From IMG/VR virus record IMGVR_UViG_3300046507_000773, positions 62,001-126,000 of that record: a stretch of 64,000 bases of DNA; one strand, given 5' to 3'. The notes beneath the pieces were generated by a model. It searched no databases. It was not told where the DNA came from and was given only the letters and a program-made list of their open reading frames with translations. The translations under genes were made by a program, and so were the position numbers. The first letter of the stretch is position 1. Each line of letters starts with the position of its first letter. Positions 49,301 through 59,277 of the stretch are shown here, in pieces.

Positions 49301-52300
49301 CCGCATTTATTGCACCTCGGCCGAAGCGTCCAATTCCTCGCCCCGCCCTGCCGCCCAGGCGCTTTGCTTTGCCCCAGGCACGACCGGCACGACCACGCGG
49401 TCGCCGACGGGAGTTCCCATCGCGGTCAAGCAAATCGTCAAGACCGAGGCCATCATTTTCTTCATCGTCATCATCCTTGTGTTTGTGTTTCCCGAACAGG
49501 CCACGTGCCGTCTTCCAGGCACTCTTGGCTTTGTCCCCCATTGTGTCGTACAAGTCCTTGCCTTTGGCAAAACCCTTGTCAGCCAGACGCTTAGCGCCGT
49601 CTTTAACGTCACCCGCTTTCTCTTTGAGCTTTTCCCTCTTGCGTTTCAAGTCCTCGTAACTACCGTCACGAATTCCATCGCCGTCAGAGTCACCCTCGAT
49701 CTTGCGTTTCTTGCCCGGCAGTCGGTCATTAAGGATGTTGCGGATGTCGGTCAGCAAGTCCACCGTCTTCTTTGCACTGATGCCCAAGACACCGGTGTTG
49801 AAGAACTCGCCGAGTTTCTTACCCCAGCTAGTGAAGTCCAGCTTGCCCATCACCCAGTCACGAGCAGACTTACCCATGTCCATGACTTTGTTCTTGGCCC
49901 AGGTGAACTTGTCCTTTGCGAACTTCGCTGCACCTACGACCAATTGCAACACCTTCTTCATGCCCGTTACCAGCGGACGACCTTTGCTATCGACCAGGCC
50001 CTTTTTGATGTCCTCTTCCGTCAGGACAAGTTGTCCATTCTGGTCGTAGACAGGCCCGTCAATTTGCGAAGGCTTGGTGATGGTCTTACTTGAGACACGA
50101 GAAGCGTAACCGCCTGCCTTCATCGTGATACCCAAGAGACGGGGTTTGTCTTCCCCTTTGACGTAGACGTCTTGCGCCATGTCCGTCAAGCCCCAGAGCT
50201 TCTCAACCCCCAAGAGTGCTTGCGCGTACACGCCGCCAACACCAGCACGGAACTTCTTTGCCCCCCAAACTCCGAGACCGATTGCACCGTCTTTGAGCTT
50301 GGTAAGCCCAGCCAGTGCTTTCTGACCCATGTTCGTTTTCATGAAGGCATTCTTAGCGTCCTCCAGCGACAGAACGATGTTGCCGTCCTCGTCAATGATG
50401 GCGCCTTTGATGTCCTTGTAGCTGGTGATCACCTTGCCCGTTACCTGGTCACGGTACTTGCCCGCTTCGATACCGGCTTTGGTGATACGTGGGAGCAACT
50501 CACCTTTGACGTAGATGTCATTGATTTCGTTGATCTTCTTCCACGCACTGTCTTTCCAGTTGCCAAGCGTCTTCCACGCATCCTTACCACGGGAGAGACC
50601 TTTGTCCCACTGACGGCTACCGAACTGACGAGCACGGCCGAAGCCGCTCTTTGCTGCACCCCAGAGTCCGCCCGGTACATCGGACAAGCGCATGTTGCGC
50701 CAATCGCGAGGACCTGCCGGATTGCCACCTGGACCAGCTTCGTACAGATGGATGCCATCCTTGATCTGCTGTTCAATGCGCAGCAGTGTCTCGCCCATGG
50801 TCTTAGCGTCGTCCTTGATGGACTGTGCTTTGATTTCATCGACGATACGATCAAAGAGAGACGGGTCAGCTTGCAACGTCATGCCCGATTGAGCAGCGCC
50901 TTGCTGAATGGCTTGTGGGGCCGGAGTGGGTGCTGCTGGAGCTGCACTTGGATGCGGACCACGAGGACCTGCACCACGGCTATTTGGCGTACCACGAGTA
51001 CGAGAGACTCGCACACGAGGCTGCGTCTGGAGGCCACCACCCGATGCTTGAGGAACAGGGCTGTTCTCATCACCGTAGTAATAGTCGTACAGACGGTTCA
51101 TGTCAATCATGCCGTCTTTTACCAGGCCCAGTTCTTCCAGGTATTCTTGGTTGCCAGCATTGACGTGATGCTGGATGTTGGCACGTGAGTCAGAGATCCG
51201 GTTACCCAGGTTACCAAACTCTTGCGCAAACACACGCCGCTTATCGAGAAGCGGGTCTTCCTTGAAGTACTCCTTGAAGATGTCGGCAAACGCTTCACCA
51301 TGCTTGCCGCCGATACCGGCGTACTTGGTCGGGTCCGAGAGTCGATCTACATCGCCACGCTTACCGTCAAGGTTTTCCCGGAGCATGTAGCGGCCAAGGA
51401 TCTTACGCTGTTCAGGCGTAAGCTTTTTGTCCTTGTCCAATTCAGTGACGAGTTTGTCGACTTGTTCTTTCGTGGAAGACGTTTCGCGGTCACCCACGAG
51501 ACTTTCACGAATGTTCTTGCCGATCGTCCTCTTGTCGCTGAACTTGTTCTTCAGGTGATCGTATTCAATCAACTGCGTCGACTCGTCTCCAGTGCGCATG
51601 ATCCGAATCTCACGCCAGATGCGTGCCAGGTAACCTGGAATGATTTCGGTAATGGACTTATTGGTGCGGCGACCAAAGACATCTGGATTGTTACCGTCGG
51701 CCAGTTTGTCTTGGTGCAGGCTAGCATCCGGCCCACTCAAGCTGCCAAGGATGTTGTCCTTGCCAAAACGAATGAGACTATCGAGGAAACCAAAGCCCGT
51801 GTTTTCCCCTTTGTTGCTTTGTGCGAACTCTTTTGCGTGCTGCGGCAAATTGGTTGCGAATTCGCTGATCTTGTTTCCGGTGCGAACGATGCGATCGTTC
51901 TTGTTGACTTTTCCTCGCAGCCACTTACCCAGGCGTTCACCCAGGTTATCTGCTGCAAGACCACCAACAATTCCACCGCCCAGTTCGGAACCGGACATCT
52001 GTGGACCACCGAACTCTGCCTGCATGGCCTGCAAGTCGGCGAGCGAATCCACCATGCCCGCACCCTGCTGAACACTACTGGCAAAGTTACGGGCTTTGTC
52101 CTGGGCAGACATCGCAAGACGCTTACCGAGGTTACCGAGGAATTCACGACGCTTACTAAAGACACTGTCGTTCAAGCCATCGATGAACTTGTTACGCAGC
52201 GCTTCTTTGAGCCGCTCGGAACTCTTGAGCTTAGCAAACTCGGGCAGACCCGTGTTCTTCAGGATGCCTTCCAGGTTCTGGGTAGTAACGGCATTCTGAC

Positions 52301-53012
52301 GTTTCGTTTCTTCCAGCAGGTCCATTTGCAGGAAGTATTGGCGATACGCAATCTCAAGGCTCTTACGCTGATACTTGGCAGTGACTTTGGTGTCAAAGGA
52401 CACACCTTGTTGCAGGGCCATTCGCATCGAATCGAATTGGCCCATTTGATCTTTGTGACGGCGATTCTGGATCGTATCGCGGATCGCATCGGTTGCCCGA
52501 TCTTCAGCGCGATTCTTTTGTTCCAGTTCCGTCTGTGCACCGAAAATCTCCGTCAGGTCTGACTGGAGACCGGCTTCACGCATCTGATCGACACCGGCGC
52601 GAGGGTCAGGTTTCTTCTCCTCTTTGCTCCATTCTCGAATGCGTTCAGCAACTCCTTTGGGGAGGACGCTCTCTACGGACGGCAGGATTTTACCCGTCGT
52701 ACGCTTGATGTCTGTAATTGCTGGCTTTAACTCTTTAGCCGCGGTATTGTATAGATTTCGAAGGCTGCCCACGCCTTGATCTGTCAAATCCATGACTTGG
52801 CCGTAGCCTTTCGGCAACGAGTCACGGACTAATCGACGGATAAATTCAGGGCTGGTAGCAGTATCCTTCGCACCATTCAAAGCACCGGCGGCAAACTTCG
52901 TGACAGGACTCCTGTCATCCTTGGGAGGCGTAAAGTCGAAATCGAATTCCGGCATGTCCATGCCAGAGTCGAAATCGAAATCATCCGTCTCAAGTTTTTT
53001 GTTTTTTGCCAT
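46320..53012 (-). CDS. Giant tail protein with C-terminal lytic transglycosylase (phiKZ gp181-like; tape-measure-like)
   Basis: ~2230 aa. SLT motifs ATESGFNPDAKAGTSSATGLGQF and YFAHFLGAGGA; repeated DIYVKGE..PR modules; central Gly-zipper TM region. Confidence 0.85.
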   Translation of the reverse strand: MAKNKKLETDDFDFDSGMDMPEFDFDFTPPKDDRSPVTKFAAGALNGAKDTATSPEFIRRLVRDSLPKGYGQVMDLTDQGVGSLRNLYNTAAKELKPAITDIKRTTGKILPSVESVLPKGVAERIREWSKEEKKPDPRAGVDQMREAGLQSDLTEIFGAQTELEQKNRAEDRATDAIRDTIQNRRHKDQMGQFDSMRMALQQGVSFDTKVTAKYQRKSLEIAYRQYFLQMDLLEETKRQNAVTTQNLEGILKNTGLPEFAKLKSSERLKEALRNKFIDGLNDSVFSKRREFLGNLGKRLAMSAQDKARNFASSVQQGAGMVDSLADLQAMQAEFGGPQMSGSELGGGIVGGLAADNLGERLGKWLRGKVNKNDRIVRTGNKISEFATNLPQHAKEFAQSNKGENTGFGFLDSLIRFGKDNILGSLSGPDASLHQDKLADGNNPDVFGRRTNKSITEIIPGYLARIWREIRIMRTGDESTQLIEYDHLKNKFSDKRTIGKNIRESLVGDRETSSTKEQVDKLVTELDKDKKLTPEQRKILGRYMLRENLDGKRGDVDRLSDPTKYAGIGGKHGEAFADIFKEYFKEDPLLDKRRVFAQEFGNLGNRISDSRANIQHHVNAGNQEYLEELGLVKDGMIDMNRLYDYYYGDENSPVPQASGGGLQTQPRVRVSRTRGTPNSRGAGPRGPHPSAAPAAPTPAPQAIQQGAAQSGMTLQADPSLFDRIVDEIKAQSIKDDAKTMGETLLRIEQQIKDGIHLYEAGPGGNPAGPRDWRNMRLSDVPGGLWGAAKSGFGRARQFGSRQWDKGLSRGKDAWKTLGNWKDSAWKKINEINDIYVKGELLPRITKAGIEAGKYRDQVTGKVITSYKDIKGAIIDEDGNIVLSLEDAKNAFMKTNMGQKALAGLTKLKDGAIGLGVWGAKKFRAGVGGVYAQALLGVEKLWGLTDMAQDVYVKGEDKPRLLGITMKAGGYASRVSSKTITKPSQIDGPVYDQNGQLVLTEEDIKKGLVDSKGRPLVTGMKKVLQLVVGAAKFAKDKFTWAKNKVMDMGKSARDWVMGKLDFTSWGKKLGEFFNTGVLGISAKKTVDLLTDIRNILNDRLPGKKRKIEGDSDGDGIRDGSYEDLKRKREKLKEKAGDVKDGAKRLADKGFAKGKDLYDTMGDKAKSAWKTARGLFGKHKHKDDDDEENDGLGLDDLLDRDGNSRRRPRGRAGRAWGKAKRLGGRAGRGIGRFGRGAINAVKNTRLGSLGRGAASLGRGALGVGARGAGLLGRAAMWGGRGALALGGLGLEGAGALAMGAIGSVGSIAAGAATAAGAIATGLGAILTAPVLLTALGVAAVGAGAYFGYKYLTRKKLGLMSTLRYAQYGFTKDDDGEHLQKVFGLEDLLAEHVVFTGGQAAIDQTKVDLKKAISDFGLDPTNEEQRGPWVTWFASRFKPIFLAHMSVLAGMKKKLGDVEDLKGEERKQYFNAVKMPDGPYDYLTSPFMDLPKLKAGRPEVTAAIQAIQDDIAKNDKNGGKGVAAEAAKTTAAAAIGAAAPVLSADGVRKASPADMQKLIKDVKFDASGAVLSGSGVVTVTSAQVMSDVLSSGRLDALAAMRMRTYGLKDLSIDKVRMLQKLENLVLAQVSFASGDVAAWNGSIEETINTAGPWFGVAGSTNGNSSDWLTWFSKRFLPTYLKYLTALKKVSRKNDMKVAADTLNAQQQLDVGTVIYTTNTDYNGSSTSVWSITESPWPGYELNTDVKSIDGNLQALKDNAQQMKLDEQTGKTGKSGLTKEGASDVVQNGVTQKSGFFARLFNNVDEDGNKTKSGWFGNAGANIGAGIKGAASSIAQSLGFGGGREVEHPGKGTGGDINAIPKPTGKGTYASMKAMLEAVGKMTGVDPVMMASIMATESGFNPDAKAGTSSATGLGQFINDTWQTMLGKFGPKYGISPDTPATDARANALMTAEFLKMNAEQIKGSVNRKLTDTDLYFAHFLGAGGARTFLGSDPSAIAANVMPKAARANIPIFYDQKNGNTPRTVGEVYALMNSRLRKQAKAYGVDDGSEKLQTASTTSAPPTPPADDKSAKPSVPGMTSNPVGSFKVTEQTPGVPIGSDANVPQPAAPAKTDKSSAPATTGDAAASDPNAAARAMGQGFQTPRSASVEEQNRFQAQATSKVFDELTSVGNQQLQTQKLMLEELRKLVAMGLGGKDAKPAKEEAPQTPVDTSNFKAPPQKVQQPPVSVAKNRNWP

Positions 53013-53087
53013 CGACAACTCCTAGCAGAGGGGGAGCACTAAAAGGCTCCCTTCATAGTTTTACGTTTTTTACCGAGAAAGATCCCC

Positions 53088-54707
53088 ATGGAGCGCTCAA
53101 AAATCCCATTTAACATCAGCATCTTGCGACTAACCGCAGATCGCTTGAACGGCTTGCGACCAGTCAAGGTGCTGGATATCTTCGATGGCGCAACTGGTAA
53201 CTTTCACGATGACGGTCTGTTTTCCACTCTGACCTTTGGTAAGGTAGGCGACACGCGTCGTAACTACCGTTTCTCCTACATCGACATCCGCGTACCGATC
53301 TTCCACCCGGTGATCTATCGTACGCTGGTGAGCCTCAAACGTCTTTATGCCGGAATTTTGGCAGGCACGGAATACGCCATCTGGGATGACCAGATCAACG
53401 ACTTCGTGGCAAGCAACGCCATGGAAGGCAAAACTGGCTACGATTATTTCGTCAAGCACTGGGAGAAGATCGTCTTCACCGAGAGCTCGTCCTCGCGTCG
53501 TGAGCAGAAGACTTTGCTCGTGGCTAAATACAAAGAGCGGGCACTGACGGACAAGATCGTCGTGATCCCTGCCGGTCTTCGTGACGTGGAAATGGGTGAC
53601 GATGGTCGCCCTCGCGTTGACGAGATCAACAACATCTACAGTACGCTTCTCTCCATTAGTAATACGGTGTCGGAAGCTGCTGTCAAGAACAACCCTGATA
53701 TCATCAACTTGTCGCGTTTCCGTTTGCAGACCGCGTTCAACGATCTGTACACGCTGATCGAGTCGATGATCGAAGGCAAGAAAAAGCTGTACATGGGCGG
53801 CTGGGCATCGCGCGGTATCTTCAATGGTACGCGTAACGTGATTACGGCAATGGATACGAGCACTGCTTACTTAGGTAAAGCGGGCTCGGTTCAGTTTAAC
53901 AATACCGTGATCGGCCTCTACCAGCTCATGAAGGCCATGATGCCGGTGTCGCGCTTCTTGGTGAAGAGTGGATTCCTCTCGAAGGTATTTACTTCGCCTG
54001 ACGCCCCAGTTAATCTCGTGAACAAGAAAACGTTGCAGATGGAATCTGTCCGTCTGTCACCGGCTTACTTTGATCGCTGGATGACCGATGAAGGCATCGA
54101 AAAGGTCATCACGAGTTTTGGCGAAGAGGGTCTGCGCGATAAGCATCTGGAAATTGCCGGATACTACGTCGGCCTGATCTACAAAGGCCCGGACGGCACC
54201 TTCAAGATTTTCCAGGACATTCGTGACCTGCCCGAGCACCGTTCCAAGGATGATGTCTCTCCGCTGACGTTCTGTGAGCTGCTGTATCTCTCTGGCTATC
54301 TTAACTGGAACAGGTATCCGATCTTCGTGACTCGCTACCCGATTGCGGGTGTGGGCTCGATCTATCCAAGTAAGGTCTACGTCAAAACCACGATCAAGTC
54401 CGAAGTGCGGCGCGAGCTTTCGGATGTCTGGTCGGAGATGAGCGATGCGCATACGGCCTACTCCTTCCCAAGGGGCGGCGCCTATGTTAATAGCTTGGTT
54501 CCGCACTCGGCAAAGCTTGAGCGTCTCGTGGCTGACTTCGACGGCGATACTGCTTCTGGTAACGTGACCTATACGGACGAGTCGATTGAAGAAGTCGACA
54601 AGCTGCTCTCGCAGCGCCGTGCTTATGTGGGTAGTGACGGCAAATTCATTTCCAGTACCGCAGTGTCTACCGTGAACCTGGTACTGCACAATCTGACCGG
54701 CGATTAA
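53088..54707 (+). CDS. Virion RNA polymerase beta' subunit (catalytic; phiKZ gp180-like)
   Basis: GLFS..TFG, IPAGLRD, TRYP and catalytic ADFDGD. Confidence 0.9.
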   Translation: MERSKIPFNISILRLTADRLNGLRPVKVLDIFDGATGNFHDDGLFSTLTFGKVGDTRRNYRFSYIDIRVPIFHPVIYRTLVSLKRLYAGILAGTEYAIWDDQINDFVASNAMEGKTGYDYFVKHWEKIVFTESSSSRREQKTLLVAKYKERALTDKIVVIPAGLRDVEMGDDGRPRVDEINNIYSTLLSISNTVSEAAVKNNPDIINLSRFRLQTAFNDLYTLIESMIEGKKKLYMGGWASRGIFNGTRNVITAMDTSTAYLGKAGSVQFNNTVIGLYQLMKAMMPVSRFLVKSGFLSKVFTSPDAPVNLVNKKTLQMESVRLSPAYFDRWMTDEGIEKVITSFGEEGLRDKHLEIAGYYVGLIYKGPDGTFKIFQDIRDLPEHRSKDDVSPLTFCELLYLSGYLNWNRYPIFVTRYPIAGVGSIYPSKVYVKTTIKSEVRRELSDVWSEMSDAHTAYSFPRGGAYVNSLVPHSAKLERLVADFDGDTASGNVTYTDESIEEVDKLLSQRRAYVGSDGKFISSTAVSTVNLVLHNLTGD

Positions 54708-54709
54708 GA

Positions 54710-57700
54710 ATGAAATTCTACAACGAACTGTATCAAAACTTTGGAGTGAGGAAGGCGGATCAGCTGGCAAGTCCGCCGCATCCGTCGTTCCAAAAATTCG
54801 AGTTCCCTCGGGAATCGATTTACCACTACTTCGGTAGTGACGACCTGGATAAAGCACCGCACGCAAACGAGCCGATGTTTGCCAAGATCACCCATCCGAT
54901 TTACATGTCACATGTGACGGAGATCGGTGACAAACTTGGCAACCCGCGTCGTCTTCCGATTGTGGTCGGTGCCGCTATTCGTCAGTACCACATCCAGAAC
55001 CGCCGTTATAAACAGATGACGAATCTGGAAGCGGTGTCGAAAGACCAATCGTCGCTCGTCATCTTCAACTACGGTTTCATCAACGGCCTGTATTCGATGT
55101 TCCGTAACTCGTACACTGGCTACTACTCGTGGTGGAACCGCCGAGCTGCGATGTGGGACAAGATCAGTGAAGTGGCAAAGGAATCGGATCGCCATCAGTT
55201 CATTCTGGTGAACATCCCCAAGAGCATTCCGGCGCTGTCTGATCTGGCCCTCGTTGACGGACAGATGACGGCAAACGCACTGAAGAAGTTCCATACCGCA
55301 GACGACTTCGCAATCGTGGAACTGTGGAAGTGGTTCGGTGCACTGCGTCAAGAAAGCTTGATCAGCCGCCTGCCGAAAGAAAAGCTCGACAAGGTGAACA
55401 TCATCTTCGTGGACCACGGCCGTTGGTTCATGGTGAATCTGGGCCGGGTGGAAGGCTTCCGTAAGGCTACGAAAGAAGAACTCAAGGCCGACAAGGACGC
55501 GAACACCAAAGGCATCGAAGCAGCGCAAATCCAGCGTCGTTTCCTGCACGCCCTGCACGTCATGGCTGACCTGCGCTCCGAAGTCAAACTCGACGAGAAG
55601 ACCGAAGAGAAGGCCACGGGTAAAGCGACACCGGTGCTGAACCAGGCAACTGGTAAAGTGGAAATGCGCGCTGAACTGTTGCTGCCTGAAGAAGGCGGCC
55701 CGGTTCACGTTGAAAACGAAGGCTCCATTGAAATCAATGGGGAACCGGATTACGACGATGCACATGATCCTGACCTGGATACCAAGATCGAAGAGAAGCT
55801 TGCCAAGATCGACCAGGTCACGGACGTCATTAAGAACGTCGAGAAAGCACAAACTGATGCAGCAGAAGCCGACGTGCTCTTGCTGCCCACGGTGGCCACG
55901 CCCGAAGACGGCATTGCCAAAGTGTGTGCACGTCTTGCCGAACAAGATGCGATCTCCGCTTCCGAACTCGTTCGTTACAACAAACTGTCGTCGGCGTACA
56001 AAGACATCGTGGCGCCTGATGGCAAAACGAAGTTGGACAAGTTCATCCAGGTCCCGCAAGAAGCCCTCGCCATTCCTGAGTCGCCTTCGATTCCGGACAT
56101 CGCAACTGTGGTGGATAAGTCGATGCTCAAAAGCTCGCTCCACCATTACGACGCCCATTACGTCAAACACGTCTTGCCCCGCCACATTGCCTCGATGGTG
56201 ATGAGCGTTCAGCAAGCGGGTATCGCTGTGACGGAATACGAAGTCGAGCGGGTCGAAGACGCCATCGGCAAGTTCGATGCTCTCCGGGTCAAACTGGTAC
56301 CAGTCGTGGGCAGTCCGTCGACCGTGCACATCAAGGTTCCGACTTTGGAAGAAGACGGCACCTACAAGGCCAACGGTATCAAGTACAACCTGCGTAAGCA
56401 GCGGGTGGATTTGCCGATTCGCAAAGTGTCGGCTGACCTCGTGGCGTTGACGAGTTACTTCGGCAAGGTGTTCGTGCAGCGTAGCGCTAAGCGGCCGAAC
56501 AACTACAACGAGTGGCTCTGCAATTCGATCATGGCCAAAGGCCTGGACGAAGGCGACCATGTTGTGCAAGAAGTCAACCCAGGCGACGTGTTCGATAACG
56601 AATTCGATAGCCCGAAAGTATTTAGTGCTTTGTCCCAGCGCTTCCGTAGTTTCAAGGTGGCAGGTTTCCAAGTCACCTTGGACCGCGTCAAGAAGGAAGA
56701 ACGTGAAGAACTCTACGGTGCGGATAACATCGCCAAGTTCGAACGTGACGGCGCAGTCATCCTGGGCATCGCAATAGCACAAACTCGCACCATCGGTACG
56801 CAAGGGAAGATCCTCTTGATCGCCGACAAGGACAGTGCTCTCTACACGTTCCACCCTGGCGTCGATAAGGACCTGGTGCCGGCTGGGACGATCGAAACGA
56901 TGGCTCATCTGGAAGTCTCCAAGGCTCCCATTGAGTTTGCAGAAGTGCGTGTGAAGGATCGCCATATTCCAGTGGGTTTTATCCTGGCATTTGAATTGGG
57001 CTTTGATCGCCTGTGCAAAATGCTGAAGGTAGAGCCTCGTCGTGTGCAAGCTGGCACGCGCACGAACATGGACATCAATGAGTACGCCATCGTATTCAAA
57101 GATGAAACGCTCATCTTCTCCAAAGAGGATCGGGCGGCGGCAATGATTCTGGCAGGCTTTAACGAATACCATCGTTACATCCGCGACTACGACGCGTTCC
57201 TCTTTAACAAGCGGGATGTGTTCTTGAACGTCCTGGAAGGCGAAGGGCCTGCTGCACGCTACCTGCGCGAGATCGACCTGATGTACCAGATGTTTGTCGA
57301 TCCAATCACCAAGAGCCTGCTTGAGCGCATGAAGGAGCCGACGGATTTCCGTGGCCTCTTGCTGCGCAGCTGCGAACTGCTACTGAAAGACCAACACCCG
57401 GACGAATACGACACCCGCTATCAGCGCTTCCGTGGCAATGAACGAATTGCCGGTGCCGTGTACTCCGAGATGGTGAAAGCCATCCGACTTCATGACGGCC
57501 GCGCTGGTCGTTCGAAGTTGCCAATCGATTTGCATCCGTACGCAGTGTGGAAGCTGATCGCGACTGACTCGTCCAATGCCTTGGTGTCGGAGATCAACCC
57601 GATCCAAAACCTCAAGGAAATGGAAGCAGTCACAACTGGTGGCGTGGGTGGCCGTAATAGCCGCTCCATGACCAAACGGACCCGAGGCTACCCGAAGCAT

Positions 57701-59008
57701 GACATGGGTGTGATTTCGGAGTCTACCGTCGACAGTGGCGACGTGGGTATCAACACTTACACCAGTGCTGACCCGCAGTTCGATTCTGTACTGGGTACGA
57801 CCAAGGGATACGAGATCGGTAAGACGGGTGCTACGGCACTCTTGTCGACCTCGGCACTTGTGTCGCCGGGTGCGGATATCGACGACCCGAAGCGCGTGAA
57901 CTTTATCGCGATTCAGCACAGTCACGGTATCGCCTGCAAGGGCTACCACCAGATGCCGGTTCGTACCGGTTACGAGCAAGTGATCCCTCACCGTACTGGC
58001 GACCTGTTCTGTCAGACGGCAAAGAAACCTGGTCGGGTGATTTCGATTACTGACCGTGGTATCGTCGTGCAGTTTGAAGGCGACGATGAACCGAAGGGTT
58101 ACGAGCTCGGCCGTCGTTTCGGTAACGCTGCGGGTCTCACGATTCCGCACGATGTCGTCACGCCTTTGAAAGAAGGTGCGAAGTTTAAAGAAGGCGCAGT
58201 CATCTGCTACAACACTGGCTTCTTCGAGCCGGACATTTTGAATCCGGGCCAAGTCGTCTACAAGACGGCAACCCTGGTCAACGTGGCACTGTTGGAGTCG
58301 ACGCTGACGCTGGAAGACTCTTCGGCGATTTCGCCGCGTGTCGCTGAACTGCTCACTACCAAGACAACCAAGGTCAACACGATCGTTGTCCGCTTTAATC
58401 AGAAGGTCAGCAAACTTCAGAAAGTGGGCTCGGAAGTCGAGGCAGAGAGTATTTTATGCATAATTGAAGATGAGGTAACGGCAACGTCCGACCTCTTCGA
58501 TCAAGAAACGATCGACACGTTGAGCATGCTCTCGTCCATGGCGCCCCAGGCTAAAACCAAAGGCCGGATCGAAATGATCGAGGTGTACTATCACGGCGAG
58601 AAAGAAGACATGTCTGAATCCATCAAGGCGATCGCTGATGCTAGCGACCGTGACATGGCGAAGCGTCTGAAATCTGCTGGTAAGAAAGTCTTTACCGGTA
58701 GTGTTGACGAAGGCTTCCGCGTGGAGGGTAACCCCTTGATGCTGGATACGTTGGCCATCAAGATCTACATCACTGGCGATGTTGCTGCTGGTGTTGGCGA
58801 TAAGGGTGTGTTCGCTAACCAGATGAAGACGGTGTTCGGTGAAGTGCTGCCAGGAGAAGTCCACACGGCTTCTGGCTTACCAATCGACGCTATCTTCGGT
58901 CAGAAGTCGATTGACGACCGTATCGTGGGCTCGCCTGCTCAGATCGGCACCACCACTGCAATCCTGCGGCATATCGGTAAGATGGCTGCACGGATGCGTA
59001 AGAAGTAA
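54710..59008 (+). CDS. Virion RNA polymerase beta subunit (phiKZ gp178-like)
   Basis: INPIQNL, SESTVDSGDVG, DDPKRVNF..IQ, VRTGYE, EDSSAIS and GDKGVFANQMKT. Confidence 0.9.
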   Translation: MKFYNELYQNFGVRKADQLASPPHPSFQKFEFPRESIYHYFGSDDLDKAPHANEPMFAKITHPIYMSHVTEIGDKLGNPRRLPIVVGAAIRQYHIQNRRYKQMTNLEAVSKDQSSLVIFNYGFINGLYSMFRNSYTGYYSWWNRRAAMWDKISEVAKESDRHQFILVNIPKSIPALSDLALVDGQMTANALKKFHTADDFAIVELWKWFGALRQESLISRLPKEKLDKVNIIFVDHGRWFMVNLGRVEGFRKATKEELKADKDANTKGIEAAQIQRRFLHALHVMADLRSEVKLDEKTEEKATGKATPVLNQATGKVEMRAELLLPEEGGPVHVENEGSIEINGEPDYDDAHDPDLDTKIEEKLAKIDQVTDVIKNVEKAQTDAAEADVLLLPTVATPEDGIAKVCARLAEQDAISASELVRYNKLSSAYKDIVAPDGKTKLDKFIQVPQEALAIPESPSIPDIATVVDKSMLKSSLHHYDAHYVKHVLPRHIASMVMSVQQAGIAVTEYEVERVEDAIGKFDALRVKLVPVVGSPSTVHIKVPTLEEDGTYKANGIKYNLRKQRVDLPIRKVSADLVALTSYFGKVFVQRSAKRPNNYNEWLCNSIMAKGLDEGDHVVQEVNPGDVFDNEFDSPKVFSALSQRFRSFKVAGFQVTLDRVKKEEREELYGADNIAKFERDGAVILGIAIAQTRTIGTQGKILLIADKDSALYTFHPGVDKDLVPAGTIETMAHLEVSKAPIEFAEVRVKDRHIPVGFILAFELGFDRLCKMLKVEPRRVQAGTRTNMDINEYAIVFKDETLIFSKEDRAAAMILAGFNEYHRYIRDYDAFLFNKRDVFLNVLEGEGPAARYLREIDLMYQMFVDPITKSLLERMKEPTDFRGLLLRSCELLLKDQHPDEYDTRYQRFRGNERIAGAVYSEMVKAIRLHDGRAGRSKLPIDLHPYAVWKLIATDSSNALVSEINPIQNLKEMEAVTTGGVGGRNSRSMTKRTRGYPKHDMGVISESTVDSGDVGINTYTSADPQFDSVLGTTKGYEIGKTGATALLSTSALVSPGADIDDPKRVNFIAIQHSHGIACKGYHQMPVRTGYEQVIPHRTGDLFCQTAKKPGRVISITDRGIVVQFEGDDEPKGYELGRRFGNAAGLTIPHDVVTPLKEGAKFKEGAVICYNTGFFEPDILNPGQVVYKTATLVNVALLESTLTLEDSSAISPRVAELLTTKTTKVNTIVVRFNQKVSKLQKVGSEVEAESILCIIEDEVTATSDLFDQETIDTLSMLSSMAPQAKTKGRIEMIEVYYHGEKEDMSESIKAIADASDRDMAKRLKSAGKKVFTGSVDEGFRVEGNPLMLDTLAIKIYITGDVAAGVGDKGVFANQMKTVFGEVLPGEVHTASGLPIDAIFGQKSIDDRIVGSPAQIGTTTAILRHIGKMAARMRKK

Positions 59009-59077
59009 AGGAGTCGGGGCGCTGTCATGGCGCCCCTGGTTCTTGGGAAGAATTTTAACTGTTCTAATGGGACGAAG

Positions 59078-59275
59078 ATGAACACTCAACAAACCGCACT
59101 GAGCATGGTGACCCTCGCCAATGCCTCGGACCTGGTTGCCAACATTGTGCTTGGCACGATGGGTAACGGTGTGGCTGAAACCTTCAACGGTTCGCCGCTC
59201 ACCAAGCAAGCGCTCTACGAAATGTCCCAAGTGACGTTCCAGGGTGCCCTGACCAAACACATGGGAGGCCGCTAA
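59078..59275 (+). CDS. Small hypothetical protein
   Basis: 65-aa ORF ending 2 nt before the next gene. Confidence 0.6.
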   Translation: MNTQQTALSMVTLANASDLVANIVLGTMGNGVAETFNGSPLTKQALYEMSQVTFQGALTKHMGGR

Positions 59276-59277
59276 TC

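Noticed and set aside
53088-59008. Split RNA polymerase subunits as a novelty, or introns/inteins within them
   Set aside because: Split beta/beta' subunits are established for phiKZ-like phages. Both ORFs are continuous, with no intein or homing-endonuclease motifs seen.
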